NCBI GenBank assembly: GCA_963712695.1
Contig: CAVQJD010000007.1
Location: 3,221-67,220, forward strand
Length of the DNA: 64,000 bases
Source: an uncultured Gammaproteobacteria bacterium
GTDB lineage: Bacteria; Pseudomonadota; Gammaproteobacteria; UBA9214
Reading direction: 5' to 3'
The notes under the pieces are model-generated. The model did not search any database. It was not told where the DNA came from and was given only the letters and a program-made list of their open reading frames with translations. Positions 1 to 12,562 of this stretch are shown in pieces. The position numbers and the translations under genes are program-made. Position 1 is the first letter of the stretch; the number at the start of each line of letters is the position of its first letter.

Positions 1-2680
1 GACGGCGGCACATTTTCCACTGCATCGCCTGACGGATCAGCATGTGACGGGCGACCCGGCAGTTAACCCGGGTAACGTGGTCAGGGATACCAATGATGTG
101 GTGTCTTCACAGGGCGTGGTGCTGACCCAGTTCGTGGATATCGTCCCCGGCAGTCCGGTGGATCTCGGTTCGGTCATCCCGGACCCGGCATTTACCAGAG
201 CAGATAATATCCAGGTTCGCCGAGTGGAGCCGCGCAACACGCCCACGGTGATCAATGCCGTGTTCAATTTCGACAACTTCTGGGACGGTCGCGCCAATAA
301 TATTTTCAACGGCAATAACCCGTTTGGCCCGGCGGACGACCGCCAGCACCTGATTAGCAACAGCACCGGAAGCCTGGCTACAGAGGTGCTGCGCCTGCGC
401 CAATCCTCGCTGGCTTCGCAGGCGGTTGGACCACCCCTGAGTGATTTCGAGATGTCCTATCGTGGACGCACCTGGCCCAAGATCGGCAAGAAGATGCTCA
501 GCCTGAGACCGTTGGCTCAGCAACAGGTTTCAGACTCAGATAGTAAACTGGGGTTCCTGTCACAAGGCGCGCCCGGTGGAACCGGTCTCAACACGACCTA
601 TGCCACCATGATCAAGGCCGCCTTCCCGGCGAAGTACTGGAACAACACCACCGAGAAGGTTACCTTTGACGCCAATGGCATACCCAGCTTCGAGCCGTGG
701 GACGGTGTGACGCCGCTGACTACGGATGAGTACACCCAGATGGAAGCCAACTTCGCCTTCTTCTTCGGCGTGGCGGTGCAGATGTACGAGACAACCCTGG
801 TAGCTAATGACTCCAAATTCGACCAGTTTATGGATGGCAGTGGCGCCCTGAGCAACGAGGAACAGCTCGGCATGGCCGACTTTAACGGGGCTGCTGGCTG
901 CATCCTCTGCCATGACGGCGGTACATTGAGTGATATTGATGTGACCTTATTACAGGGCAGAGACCCGGTCAGCGGTCTTCCAATCCCGTTCGACCAGAAC
1001 CCGATCGCGGCGAACGAATTCATGCAGATCGCGACCGGGCTCGGCTTGTATGACACCGGCTTTCACAATACCGGCGTACGCCCGCAGGGCAACCCGGATC
1101 CACTGGCACCCGACTTTCTGGCTGTCAACGAAGACGTCGGTCGTGGCGCTACCACCGGCCTGGGCGGTGCCATGACGGAAGTCTCCCTGTCCAAGGGCAT
1201 CCTGGGTCTGCAGAACGAGTTTCCAGGTACATCACTGTTGCAAATGCCCGGCCTGGATCCGCTGCCTGCCCATATGGCACCCTGGGTTCCACCACTGCCG
1301 GACGGCTTCCTGCCAACTGACACCTTAGGGCCCCCTCCTGCCTTTACCGGGCGGGTGACCAATTTCGGCGCCTTCAAGACCTCCGCCATACGTAACATCG
1401 CACTCACCGGGCCTTACATGCACAACGGTGGCCTGTCGACCTTGCGCCAGGTCGTGGACTTCTATGTGCGTGGCGGTGATTTTGCCAGCACCAACAACAT
1501 GAATTTTGATTCCGAGGGTGTGACCGTCCTCCCGCTGTTAAGGGACTCGGCGTGCTATTCGGGCCTGCCAACTCCTGAGCAGCGGAGAGACAATCTGGTG
1601 CAGTTCATGATGGCGCTGACCGATCAACGTGTGGCTCAAGAAGCGGCGCCGTTTGACCACCCCGAGCTGTTCATACCCGTTACGGGTACTGCGCCGGTCT
1701 CTCCCGGTACCCGCGACGCACTGTTTAACGACACAACGAATTTCCAGCAAGTACCTGCCGTGGGTTCAGGTGGTCGTGGATCGGTGGGTCTGCCGCCACT
1801 GGGCACCTTCCTTGGCCTGAATCCGCGAAGCGATGGTCTTGTGGCTGACCCAGATCTGGATTTAATCGAAGACGCTGCAGACAACTGTCCGCTGGACGCC
1901 AACCCGCTACAGGAAGATGGCGACAGTGATGGCACCGGAGATGTCTGTGACGTCTGCCTCGTCGATCCCGATAACGACATTGACATAGACGGTGTCTGCG
2001 GCGATGTCGACAACTGCCCGCTGATCGCCAACGCCGATCAGCTTGACGAGGACAGTGACGGCTTCGGTGATGCCTGTGACGACGACGATGACAACGACGG
2101 CGTGCCGGATCTGACCGACATCGATTCACTCGATCCATTGAGCTGCACGGATAGCGACGCGGATACCTGCGATGACTGCTCTGTCGGTGTCGATCAATTC
2201 GGACCACTTGCGGACAATGACCCGGCCAATGACGGCCTCGATACAGACGCCGATGGTCTATGCGACGCCGGAGATCCCGACGACGACAATGACAGTGTGC
2301 CGGATACTGGCGACAACTGCCCGGCTACGCCGACTGGCGAAGCGGTTGATACCAACGGTTGTGCGCTGTCGCAGCTGGATACGGATGTTGATGGTGTGAC
2401 CGATGACGTCGACAACTGCACACTGGTTGCCAACGCTGACCAGCGCGATACCGATGGAGATAATTATGGCAACATGTGCGATGCGGACTTAAATGGCGAC
2501 CTCACGGTGAACCTCGACGACTATAGCGTATTCAGGAGCAGATACCGTACGAACGATCCTGATGCGGATTTCAATGGAGATGGCACGGTGAATCTCGACG
2601 ACTATTCAATCTTCAGATCGTTATATCGAAAAGCACCGGGACCCTCTGCACTTGCCCCCTTAGTGGTGACGGGCGAGTGA
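1..2680 (+). CDS. Di-haem cytochrome c peroxidase (CCP/MauG family) fused to C-terminal TSP3 repeats and a double dockerin-like module. The 5' end is cut by the window start.
   Basis: ORF 44..2680 is open back to position 2. It contains the CCP hallmarks RNTPTVINAVFNFDNFWDGRA, the second haem site AAGCILCH and GPYMHNGGLSTLRQVVDFY. The first haem site must lie upstream of the window. Residues ~590-800 hold more than 8 TSP3 calcium-binding repeats (DxDxDGxGDxCDxC, DNCPxxANxDQxDxD). The C-terminus holds two dockerin-type repeats, DADLNGDLTVNLDDYSVFRS and DADFNGDGTVNLDDYSIFRS. Confidence 0.75.
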   Translation, partial: TAAHFPLHRLTDQHVTGDPAVNPGNVVRDTNDVVSSQGVVLTQFVDIVPGSPVDLGSVIPDPAFTRADNIQVRRVEPRNTPTVINAVFNFDNFWDGRANNIFNGNNPFGPADDRQHLISNSTGSLATEVLRLRQSSLASQAVGPPLSDFEMSYRGRTWPKIGKKMLSLRPLAQQQVSDSDSKLGFLSQGAPGGTGLNTTYATMIKAAFPAKYWNNTTEKVTFDANGIPSFEPWDGVTPLTTDEYTQMEANFAFFFGVAVQMYETTLVANDSKFDQFMDGSGALSNEEQLGMADFNGAAGCILCHDGGTLSDIDVTLLQGRDPVSGLPIPFDQNPIAANEFMQIATGLGLYDTGFHNTGVRPQGNPDPLAPDFLAVNEDVGRGATTGLGGAMTEVSLSKGILGLQNEFPGTSLLQMPGLDPLPAHMAPWVPPLPDGFLPTDTLGPPPAFTGRVTNFGAFKTSAIRNIALTGPYMHNGGLSTLRQVVDFYVRGGDFASTNNMNFDSEGVTVLPLLRDSACYSGLPTPEQRRDNLVQFMMALTDQRVAQEAAPFDHPELFIPVTGTAPVSPGTRDALFNDTTNFQQVPAVGSGGRGSVGLPPLGTFLGLNPRSDGLVADPDLDLIEDAADNCPLDANPLQEDGDSDGTGDVCDVCLVDPDNDIDIDGVCGDVDNCPLIANADQLDEDSDGFGDACDDDDDNDGVPDLTDIDSLDPLSCTDSDADTCDDCSVGVDQFGPLADNDPANDGLDTDADGLCDAGDPDDDNDSVPDTGDNCPATPTGEAVDTNGCALSQLDTDVDGVTDDVDNCTLVANADQRDTDGDNYGNMCDADLNGDLTVNLDDYSVFRSRYRTNDPDADFNGDGTVNLDDYSIFRSLYRKAPGPSALAPLVVTGE

Positions 2681-2876
2681 GTGGAGCCGGCGTGCAGGTC
2701 AGGGAAGGCCTGCAAGCAGGGGAAGACAGGCAGGACTTGTAGTTGGCAATACGCAGCGCAATGGATTAGGGGGCTGCGAAACAAACAGGGGACGGCGTGC
2801 CGCGGCAACGCCAGACTGGCAGACAGGATCGGGGACGGGATTACCGATTGGATGAAATAACGTGGAGATTATAATA

Positions 2877-4243
2877 ATGAAACGGTTGCGAGATTACGGT
2901 TCTTATCAAGTGCTCTACTGCTCAGCCTGACACACGCCGGGCAGGCCGCCTGCCCGGGCGACGGTGCAAGACCGATGAATATCGGGCCACACAACCCGCA
3001 GACCACGTTCCCGCTGTGGGTGCAGGACTCGGAGGGACTGGGGTTGGAAATCTGCCCGGGCACCGATCAGCTCAACTGCATTTCGGTGCCGCCGTTTAAC
3101 CCGATCGACGATCCTGGTTTAAGTCAGGCTCAGTATGACCTGTCAGCGCAGATCGGCTCCGGTGACGAGGCCTTCTATGCGTCTGCCGACGCGCTCATCA
3201 CTATTCCGGCCGGAAAGGCGATCCTGGTATCGGCCGTCGAGGCAGCCTTCCTGCCCGATTTCCAGGACGGCAACCAGTTTGCCTTCACCCGCCTGCGCAT
3301 CCGCATCGACCTGCCGAACGCAGGTACCTACATCGTGAAGCACCCTTGGGGCGAGATCACCTACAACATCTCACCCGCTGAGGTAGCCAATGGCATCAAC
3401 GATTCCTTCGACATCCCGTTCCTGGCCGACCAGGTGGGCTACCAGGGTCGCCTCGGCCCGATTCTGACCTGGAGCACCTACCCCGATGACGTTCTGCTCG
3501 ACCAGTACGGAACCTCCGGCCCCCCCAGCGCACCGGATGGCATTCCTGACTACATCGGCACGCTCGTGGTTGACCATGCTGTAAAAGGCAGCCCGTGTGG
3601 CACCAACTTTTTCCGTATAGAAGGACCGAATATCGGCGGACCCAACGTCAATTCCGTCCAGACCAACCTGTTCACCGTCACCGGCAAGGTATATAACGGC
3701 GCGGCACTGCCGACACCCCTGGCCGTCGACCAGGCGACCTACAGCCGCGCCACGGTTGGAACTGTGAATGTCGGACGTGTGAATGTCTTTGCCACCGCAC
3801 CGACGATCGCGGATGTCAGCTTCACCGGAGGCGCAAACATACCGGCCGGAACACAGCTCATGGCCTCCGACGGCAGCAACCGCCATTTTGGCACGGTGGC
3901 ACTCACACCGAACGGCGATACAGTGCCGTCCAGCGTTGATGTGACCGCCAACAATAACGTAATCCCCGTCAACCTGCCGACCACGCTCACCAACATACCA
4001 CTGGTCGACCTGGTCACGGTCACCCGCGCGGAATACGACTTTGCGACCGGTGTCCTCACTATCGAGGCGCACTCGAGCGACCTGGTCGCACCACCGACGC
4101 TGTCCGCGCTCGGCCAGAACCTGACCAATGGCGTGCTGACCACGACTCTGAATCCGGGCGTTGCCCCGCCGACGGTCACCGTGACCTCGCTCGCGGGTGG
4201 TTCGGCCACGCTTCCCGTCACCATCATTCACGCTGTGCCCTGA
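2877..4243 (+). CDS. Secreted protein, short member of an unrecognised paralog family (here called family A). An apparent 1-nt frameshift sits in the signal peptide.
   Basis: The main ORF is 2975..4243. ATG 2877 with an upstream AT-rich RBS region gives MKRLR, then a different frame gives FLSSALLLSLTHAGQAACPGDG, a signal peptide that continues into ORF 2975. Shared with ORFs 4264, 20105 and 21500: C-P-x-D after the signal, FTRLRIRxDxP, GSPCGTNFFRIE, LVDLVTVTRAEYD, TLTxEAxSSD and VTVTS-AGGS. Confidence 0.6.
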
Positions 4244-4263
4244 GACAGGCTGGAGACATTACA

Positions 4264-6063
4264 ATGAGCTACAAAATACAAATTACTCTGGTCGCCGCCC
4301 TGCTGGGCCTGGTCATGGGTTCAACGGCCCAGGCGGTCTGTTCCGTGCCCGGCAATCACGCCACGCCGATTATTGTCGGCCCGCCGAACCCCAACAACGG
4401 CTTCGCGGAATACGTAACGGAAACACTGCCCCCGGCCGGAACTGATCCAGGTCTTTCGCTGGAGTTGTGTCTGGATCCGGCGTTCTGCTTCTTCGACCCA
4501 CCCGATCCGGCCTTTGTCTACTCGACCCAGATCGGCTTCGGCTTCGAGGCCTTCTGGTGGCTGGCCCAGCCCGACACCACGAACTTCCCCCCCGCACAAG
4601 ACTCCATCGCCCTCGGCGGGGACGGTACTGGAGTTGGTGCTGTCCTGGTACTGGGCGCCGAGGCGGCGTTCCTCGGAGACATTTTCGATGGCGGCCAGTT
4701 CCCGTTCACCCGCCTGCGCATCCGGGTGGATGTGAACACGCCAGGTTTCTACCGCATCACCGAACCCTACGGCATACATGTTTACGAGGTCATTAACGTT
4801 GGTGCCGGTAACGAGATCAGCGACAGCTTCGATGTCGAGTTTACCCAGGGCACGATCGATGCCGGTGTCGTGACCGAGGCCACCAACTCGACCAATTGCG
4901 TCGGTCCCTGGCTGACCTGGGATCCGGCCGTGCCACCGCTGGCTCCGCCCGGCTTCATCGGTGACGGTGCCACCCCGCACGAGATCACCGGCAGTCCCAC
5001 CGGCACCAACTTCTTCCGCATCGAGGCCTTCAGTGACGCGGCGCAGGTCGTTCATTTGGACACCCTCGATCCGCTTGACGCGGACGGCGACGGACAAAAC
5101 ACCGTGCAGACCAACCTGTTTACCGTAACCGGCAAGCTCTATGACGGCCGCCTGGCCACGCCCATGGTCGCCGAGCGCGCCACCTACACGCGCGCAAGTG
5201 GTGCCCCATCCGTCGGGCAAGTGGATGTCTTCGCCCGCGGGGCCGGCACGGCAGCGGTCGACTTCACCGGCGGTCCCAATGTGAATGGAACCTTCCCCCT
5301 GCTGGGTAACCTGGGCGGCTTCTTCGACAGCGAACAGCTGATTGACGCGACGGTGTTACCACCCGTGGTGGACATCGACGCGACGGATACTCCAACGGAT
5401 CTCACCCACCTGGTGCAACCGCTGGTGGACCTGGTGACCATCACCCGGGCGGAATACAACATCAGTGTCGGCACGCTGACGGTGGAGGCAAGCTCGAGCG
5501 ATACCCTGGCTCCGCCCACCCTGAGGCTCATCGATCCGGTCCAGATCCTGACCGCCGGCAGTGTCGAGGTGACGCTGTCAGCAACCGGCGCACCGCTGGC
5601 GCCGCCCGGTGTGGTCACCGTGAGTTCGTCGGCGGGTGGGTCCGCCACCCGGCTGGTTGAGGTCATTTCCGACGACCAGGACGGTGACGGTGTACTGGAT
5701 GCGGTGGACAACTGCCCCGTCACCTTCAATCCGGGACAGGCGGATGGCGAGAACGACGGCACGGGCGATGCCTGCGACAACTGCACGCTGGTGGCGAACG
5801 GGCCCAATACCTACCCGCCGGGTGATCCACGCATCCAATATGATAGCAACGGGGACGGTTATGGCAACCGATGCGATGCAGACTTCAACGACGACAACAT
5901 AGTCGATGTACTCGACATCCCGCTGTTTAGAGCAGCCTTTGGCACGTCAGCACCCAATGAAGATCTCAATGGTGACACCATAGTGGATGTACTCGATGTG
6001 CCGATTTTGAGAGCACTTTTTGGCCTGCCGCCGGGGCCCTCCTGCTGCGGGCCGCTGCCCTAA
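4264..6063 (+). CDS. Secreted family-A paralog, long form with a C-terminal TSP3 plus double dockerin-like module.
   Basis: The signal peptide is MSYKIQITLVAALLGLVMGSTAQA. The family-A conserved core includes FPFTRLRIRVDV, GSPTGTNFFRIEAF and LVDLVTITRAEYN. The C-terminus is DNCPVTFNPGQADGENDGTGDACDNC...CDADFNDDNIVDVLDIPLFRAAFG...DLNGDTIVDVLDVPILRALFGLPPGPSCCGPLP. Confidence 0.65.
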   Translation: MSYKIQITLVAALLGLVMGSTAQAVCSVPGNHATPIIVGPPNPNNGFAEYVTETLPPAGTDPGLSLELCLDPAFCFFDPPDPAFVYSTQIGFGFEAFWWLAQPDTTNFPPAQDSIALGGDGTGVGAVLVLGAEAAFLGDIFDGGQFPFTRLRIRVDVNTPGFYRITEPYGIHVYEVINVGAGNEISDSFDVEFTQGTIDAGVVTEATNSTNCVGPWLTWDPAVPPLAPPGFIGDGATPHEITGSPTGTNFFRIEAFSDAAQVVHLDTLDPLDADGDGQNTVQTNLFTVTGKLYDGRLATPMVAERATYTRASGAPSVGQVDVFARGAGTAAVDFTGGPNVNGTFPLLGNLGGFFDSEQLIDATVLPPVVDIDATDTPTDLTHLVQPLVDLVTITRAEYNISVGTLTVEASSSDTLAPPTLRLIDPVQILTAGSVEVTLSATGAPLAPPGVVTVSSSAGGSATRLVEVISDDQDGDGVLDAVDNCPVTFNPGQADGENDGTGDACDNCTLVANGPNTYPPGDPRIQYDSNGDGYGNRCDADFNDDNIVDVLDIPLFRAAFGTSAPNEDLNGDTIVDVLDVPILRALFGLPPGPSCCGPLP

Positions 6064-6293
6064 CGTAGCGGATTAGCAGTCCCTCATTCCGCACCGACAA
6101 AGGGGATGGAGGAGGCAGGATAAACAGGATTGATATTGCACAGCGCAATGAGATGGAGAGAGTGAGCGCACCAGGAGCCGGCGACGTTTGATTGATACCG
6201 AGATACCGAGGCTGTGGTGGAAGACCGAAACCAGGTAATCACGTTACATGTTGACTTGACAGACATAACAATGGAAAGCGCGAGGCGAAGAAA

Positions 6294-9397
<3,104 letters not shown>

Positions 9398-9741
9398 CGA
9401 TTGGCCAGCACAGCGTGGGTGCAGGTTGATGGACAAGCCTGCACCCGCGCGGGAGTGACTGCAGTATCCTGATAAACAGAGCACCGTGGTGCAGCGCAAA
9501 GAGAGGGCGACTGCACCACGGGGACCGGTCAAAGGCTGTCAGTGGCAATAGGGCCACCGACAGCGCAGGTGGTAACGGCACTGACCCGCAGGGTGCGCTG
9601 TCACGGTACACCGGAAATCAGGGGTGAACCGCCCTGTAAATCCGCAAATGGCCAGTCTTGTATATTGAACCCAGACGACAATCGAAAGTCTTTATGATGA
9701 ACCCGGACAATCTGAACTGAGTCGTTATCGGAAACGTGTAA

Positions 9742-10845
9742 ATGAGGCTGCTTATGAGATGCATCCGTATCATCGCAGGGGCCCGGGGCGCTATCGCCGC
9801 CGCTGTCCTGCTCTTCACCACCCTGTCACTGCTGGGCGCTCATACTGCCTGCGCGGCGCCGCAGTTTCCCAATGTCCCCCTGATAAACCAGGACGGCGAG
9901 ACGTTGTACTTCTACGATGACGTCATCAAGGGCAAGGTGGTGACCATCAATTTCATGTTCACCAGCTGCGGCGACTCCTGTCCGATGGAAACCGCCAAGC
10001 TGCGCAAGGTCCAGGAATTGCTCGGCGAACACGCCGGCAAGGACGTCCACATGTATTCCATCACCGTCGACCCCGACCGCGACACCCCGGCGGCACTCAA
10101 GGCGTACATGCAGAAATTCAAGGTCGGCCCCGGCTGGCAGTTCCTGACGGGAAAGAAAGCAGACATCGATCAGGTACGCAAACGCCTGGGCATGTACAGT
10201 GAAGCAGCGGATGAGCTCAGCGATCACGGCGTCAACTTCGTCCTGGGCAATGAGGCGACCGGAAAGTGGTTAAGACGTACGCCCTTTGATCTACCCGAGA
10301 CACTGGTATACGTGCTGCTGGGCCGCCTGCAACAGTACCGGCTGGTTTCAGATGCGGCTGCAGCGCTACCGAGCTACGCCCAGAGCCATGCCATGCCAGC
10401 TGCCCGCCCGGGCGAGGATCTGTTCAATACGCGTTGCACGGCCTGCCATACCATCGGCGAGGGCGACAGGCTGGGCCCGGATCTGCTGGGTGTCGTCAGT
10501 AAACGCGACCGTCAATGGCTGATTCGCTGGCTGCAGGAACCCGATGTGATGCTGAAGGAAAAAGATCCCCTGGCAACGGCACTCTACATCCAGTATGGCA
10601 AGGTACCGATGCCGAATGTGAAGCTGACTGACAAGAATGCGCTTGACCTGATCAAGTACATGCAGGCGGAAACCCGGCGTGTGAACGCACTAAACGGGGG
10701 TACGCCCGCGCAGACAGACAACCTGGAAAGCATCGTAGCGACAGAACCGGCGGTCCAGACGGGCGGGACAACACCGCCTCCGGGCACCGATACCCCGCAG
10801 GATCAGGCACGGGCAGATGCACCACCGATAAAACAGGTTCAGTAA
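9742..10845 (+). CDS. SCO1/SenC-family copper chaperone with a thioredoxin fold, fused to a C-terminal mono-haem cytochrome c domain.
   Basis: Signal peptide, then the Sco motif FTSCGDSCP, with DPDRDTP and GWQFLTG as in the Sco1 family. The C-terminal part carries a CTACH haem-binding site and c-type cytochrome-like spacing (GPDLLGV...MP). Confidence 0.7.
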   Translation: MRLLMRCIRIIAGARGAIAAAVLLFTTLSLLGAHTACAAPQFPNVPLINQDGETLYFYDDVIKGKVVTINFMFTSCGDSCPMETAKLRKVQELLGEHAGKDVHMYSITVDPDRDTPAALKAYMQKFKVGPGWQFLTGKKADIDQVRKRLGMYSEAADELSDHGVNFVLGNEATGKWLRRTPFDLPETLVYVLLGRLQQYRLVSDAAAALPSYAQSHAMPAARPGEDLFNTRCTACHTIGEGDRLGPDLLGVVSKRDRQWLIRWLQEPDVMLKEKDPLATALYIQYGKVPMPNVKLTDKNALDLIKYMQAETRRVNALNGGTPAQTDNLESIVATEPAVQTGGTTPPPGTDTPQDQARADAPPIKQVQ

Positions 10846-10889
10846 AAGGGCAAGATATTAAGAGGCTCATTAAACGGGAACACAATAAT

Positions 10890-11654
10890 ATGAAAAACCG
10901 CTCACACCATGCGAGATTAATCGCGTCCGTTTTCGCCATGTTTGGCCTGCTATGCCTGTTCCCACCCGGCACGGCCCGGGCGATCGGCGTCGGCCAGATC
11001 GATACCTTCAGTGACGGCTCATTACAGGACTGGATGATGGGTATAGCCGCGGTCACGACCAGCCATATGACAAACATCGCCGCTGGCGGACCCGCCGGGG
11101 CCGGCGACAACTTCCTGCAGGTGGTCGCGGACGGGCCGCCCCCTCCGGGAACCTCCGGTCAGGGCAGTCGGATGACCTTCTTCAACCAGCTCCAGTGGAC
11201 GGGTGATTACACCGCCGCAGGGGTCACCGCGATTGCCATGGACCTGAAAAATATGAGCGTCAGTGAAACCCTGTATCTGCGGCTCGCGATCGATGGTGGT
11301 ACTGGTCCCAGCTTTAACAGGACGGGGGGCGTGTTTGCCACCGCGGCGAGTATCAGCCTGGACCCCGGCAGCGACTGGACACGGGTCGTGTTCTCATTGC
11401 TGCCCGCCGATCTGATCTCCGTCAGTAGCATTGGCGGCCACGCCACGGGCAACAATGTCGAGGCTACACTGGCCAACGTGACGGAATTGCGGCTACTGAA
11501 CAGTGCAACCCCCGACTGGAACGGGCTACAGGTTGTTGGCACCCTGGGTATCGACAACATCCAGGCGGTACCGCTACCGCCGGCTTTTGCACTGTTCGCT
11601 TCGGGACTCGTTGTACTCGTGACAAGACGGCGCAAACAAACCCTTCAGGCATGA
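10890..11654 (+). CDS. PEP-CTERM (VPLPA-CTERM variant) sorting-domain protein, a putative exosortase substrate.
   Basis: N-terminal signal peptide. The C-terminus is VPLPPAFALFASGLVVLVTRRRKQ, that is VPLP, a transmembrane helix and a basic cluster. Confidence 0.65.
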   Translation: MKNRSHHARLIASVFAMFGLLCLFPPGTARAIGVGQIDTFSDGSLQDWMMGIAAVTTSHMTNIAAGGPAGAGDNFLQVVADGPPPPGTSGQGSRMTFFNQLQWTGDYTAAGVTAIAMDLKNMSVSETLYLRLAIDGGTGPSFNRTGGVFATAASISLDPGSDWTRVVFSLLPADLISVSSIGGHATGNNVEATLANVTELRLLNSATPDWNGLQVVGTLGIDNIQAVPLPPAFALFASGLVVLVTRRRKQTLQA

Positions 11655-11755
11655 AGGGCAGCTGATCCTTTGCCAGTGGTATTGTTACAACTCGCATTTC
11701 ATTGCAATTTGAGCATGCATTGTCTGACGAATCATAGAAACCAGGGACCGGAAAA

Positions 11756-12274
11756 ATGAAATTTCACGCTGGGTTATTTATCTCAACAATAGTATTACTG
11801 TCTGCTTTCCCTGTGTGCTTCGCTCACGACAATCCGGGGGCAACAGAGGCTGCCATTGATAGCCCGGAAATTCAGAAACCGGCCGACTCCCCGGCTACAG
11901 GTAATAGCCCGGAGATTCAGAAACCGGCCGAAGCCGAAGCCGCTACTGACAATCCGATGACTCAGAAACCGGCCGAAGCCACGACTGCAGGCGATAGCCC
12001 CGAGATTCAGAAACCGGGCGAAGCCGAGGCAATGGAAGCGGCAATGCGGTACGTTAACCCGGATGGACAATTGACCATAAAAAATTCGGAGTTACTTGCA
12101 TGGGGCACGTTCAATGAAAAGCAAGTCTACTGGCCAATCAAATTTCGCGTGACCTATATATCAAAGGGATCTGATAAGCCAAGGCAGAATGAATATGCTG
12201 TGAAGATTGCCAAAGACAGCAACGGTCAATGGGTAGCCACACAGTATTGGGCATGGAGAACCGACTTCAAATAA
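11756..12274 (+). CDS. Secreted protein with four tandem SPEIQKP(A/G)EAEA-type repeats. The gene has lower GC than its neighbours.
   Basis: ORF with signal peptide MKFHAGLFISTIVLLSAFPVCFA. It has 4 copies of a (D/N)SPEIQKPA(E/D) repeat of about 16 aa. Codon usage and GC are visibly lower than in flanking genes. Confidence 0.5.
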   Translation: MKFHAGLFISTIVLLSAFPVCFAHDNPGATEAAIDSPEIQKPADSPATGNSPEIQKPAEAEAATDNPMTQKPAEATTAGDSPEIQKPGEAEAMEAAMRYVNPDGQLTIKNSELLAWGTFNEKQVYWPIKFRVTYISKGSDKPRQNEYAVKIAKDSNGQWVATQYWAWRTDFK

Positions 12275-12562
12275 ATACACGAGGCTGATCTTTGCAAGGC
12301 AACTCCTGAAAAATCTCCGCAGCCGCGGCCCCCCGCTAACAACAATCCATCACAGGATCTGGCCAATGTAGAGGAATTGCGGCTGTTGAACAGCGCAACC
12401 CCCGATTGGAAAGGGCTCCCGGTCACCGCCACCACTCTCGGTATCGACAACATCCAGACGGTACCGCTGCCGCCGTCCCTGGCGCTGTTCGGCTCGGGAC
12501 TGCTTGCGCTGTGGACACAACGGCGCAGACAAGCGCGGCGCAGACTTCCGCCGGGGGCATGA
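12275..12562 (+). pseudogene. Orphan 3' fragment that duplicates the PEP-CTERM tail of gene 10890..11654. It has no N-terminus.
   Basis: The frame is open from 12275 with no ATG. It encodes ANVEELRLLNSATPDWKGLPVTATTLGIDNIQTVPLPPSLALFGSGLLALWTQRRRQ. This is a near-copy of the last ~60 aa of the upstream PEP-CTERM protein (ANVTELRLLNSATPDWNGLQVVGTLGIDNIQAVPLPPAFALFASGLVVLVTRRRKQ). Confidence 0.45.

Noticed and set aside
1840-2680. Dockerin repeats implying a cellulosome or polysaccharide-degrading complex.
   Set aside because: No glycoside hydrolase, CBM or cohesin/scaffoldin genes occur in the window. The tagged cargo are redox enzymes. Dockerin-like Ca-binding repeats occur outside cellulosomes, so the cellulosome interpretation is rejected while the assembly-module idea is kept as a hypothesis.
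3371-4231. Long minus-strand ORFs antisense to plus-strand genes (for example 3371-4231, 4321-5220, 14688-15683, 17029-18297, 18727-19818, 34322-36256, 38673-39947).
   Set aside because: They lie entirely inside well-supported genes on the opposite strand in >65% GC DNA, where stop codons are rare in all frames. Their products are Arg/Gly/Ala-rich with no motifs, so they are spurious shadows.
12377-12562. ORF 12377-12562 as a genuine small PEP-CTERM gene.
   Set aside because: The frame is open upstream to 12275 with no ATG, signal peptide or RBS. It duplicates only the C-terminal tail of the upstream gene, so it is better explained as a gene fragment.
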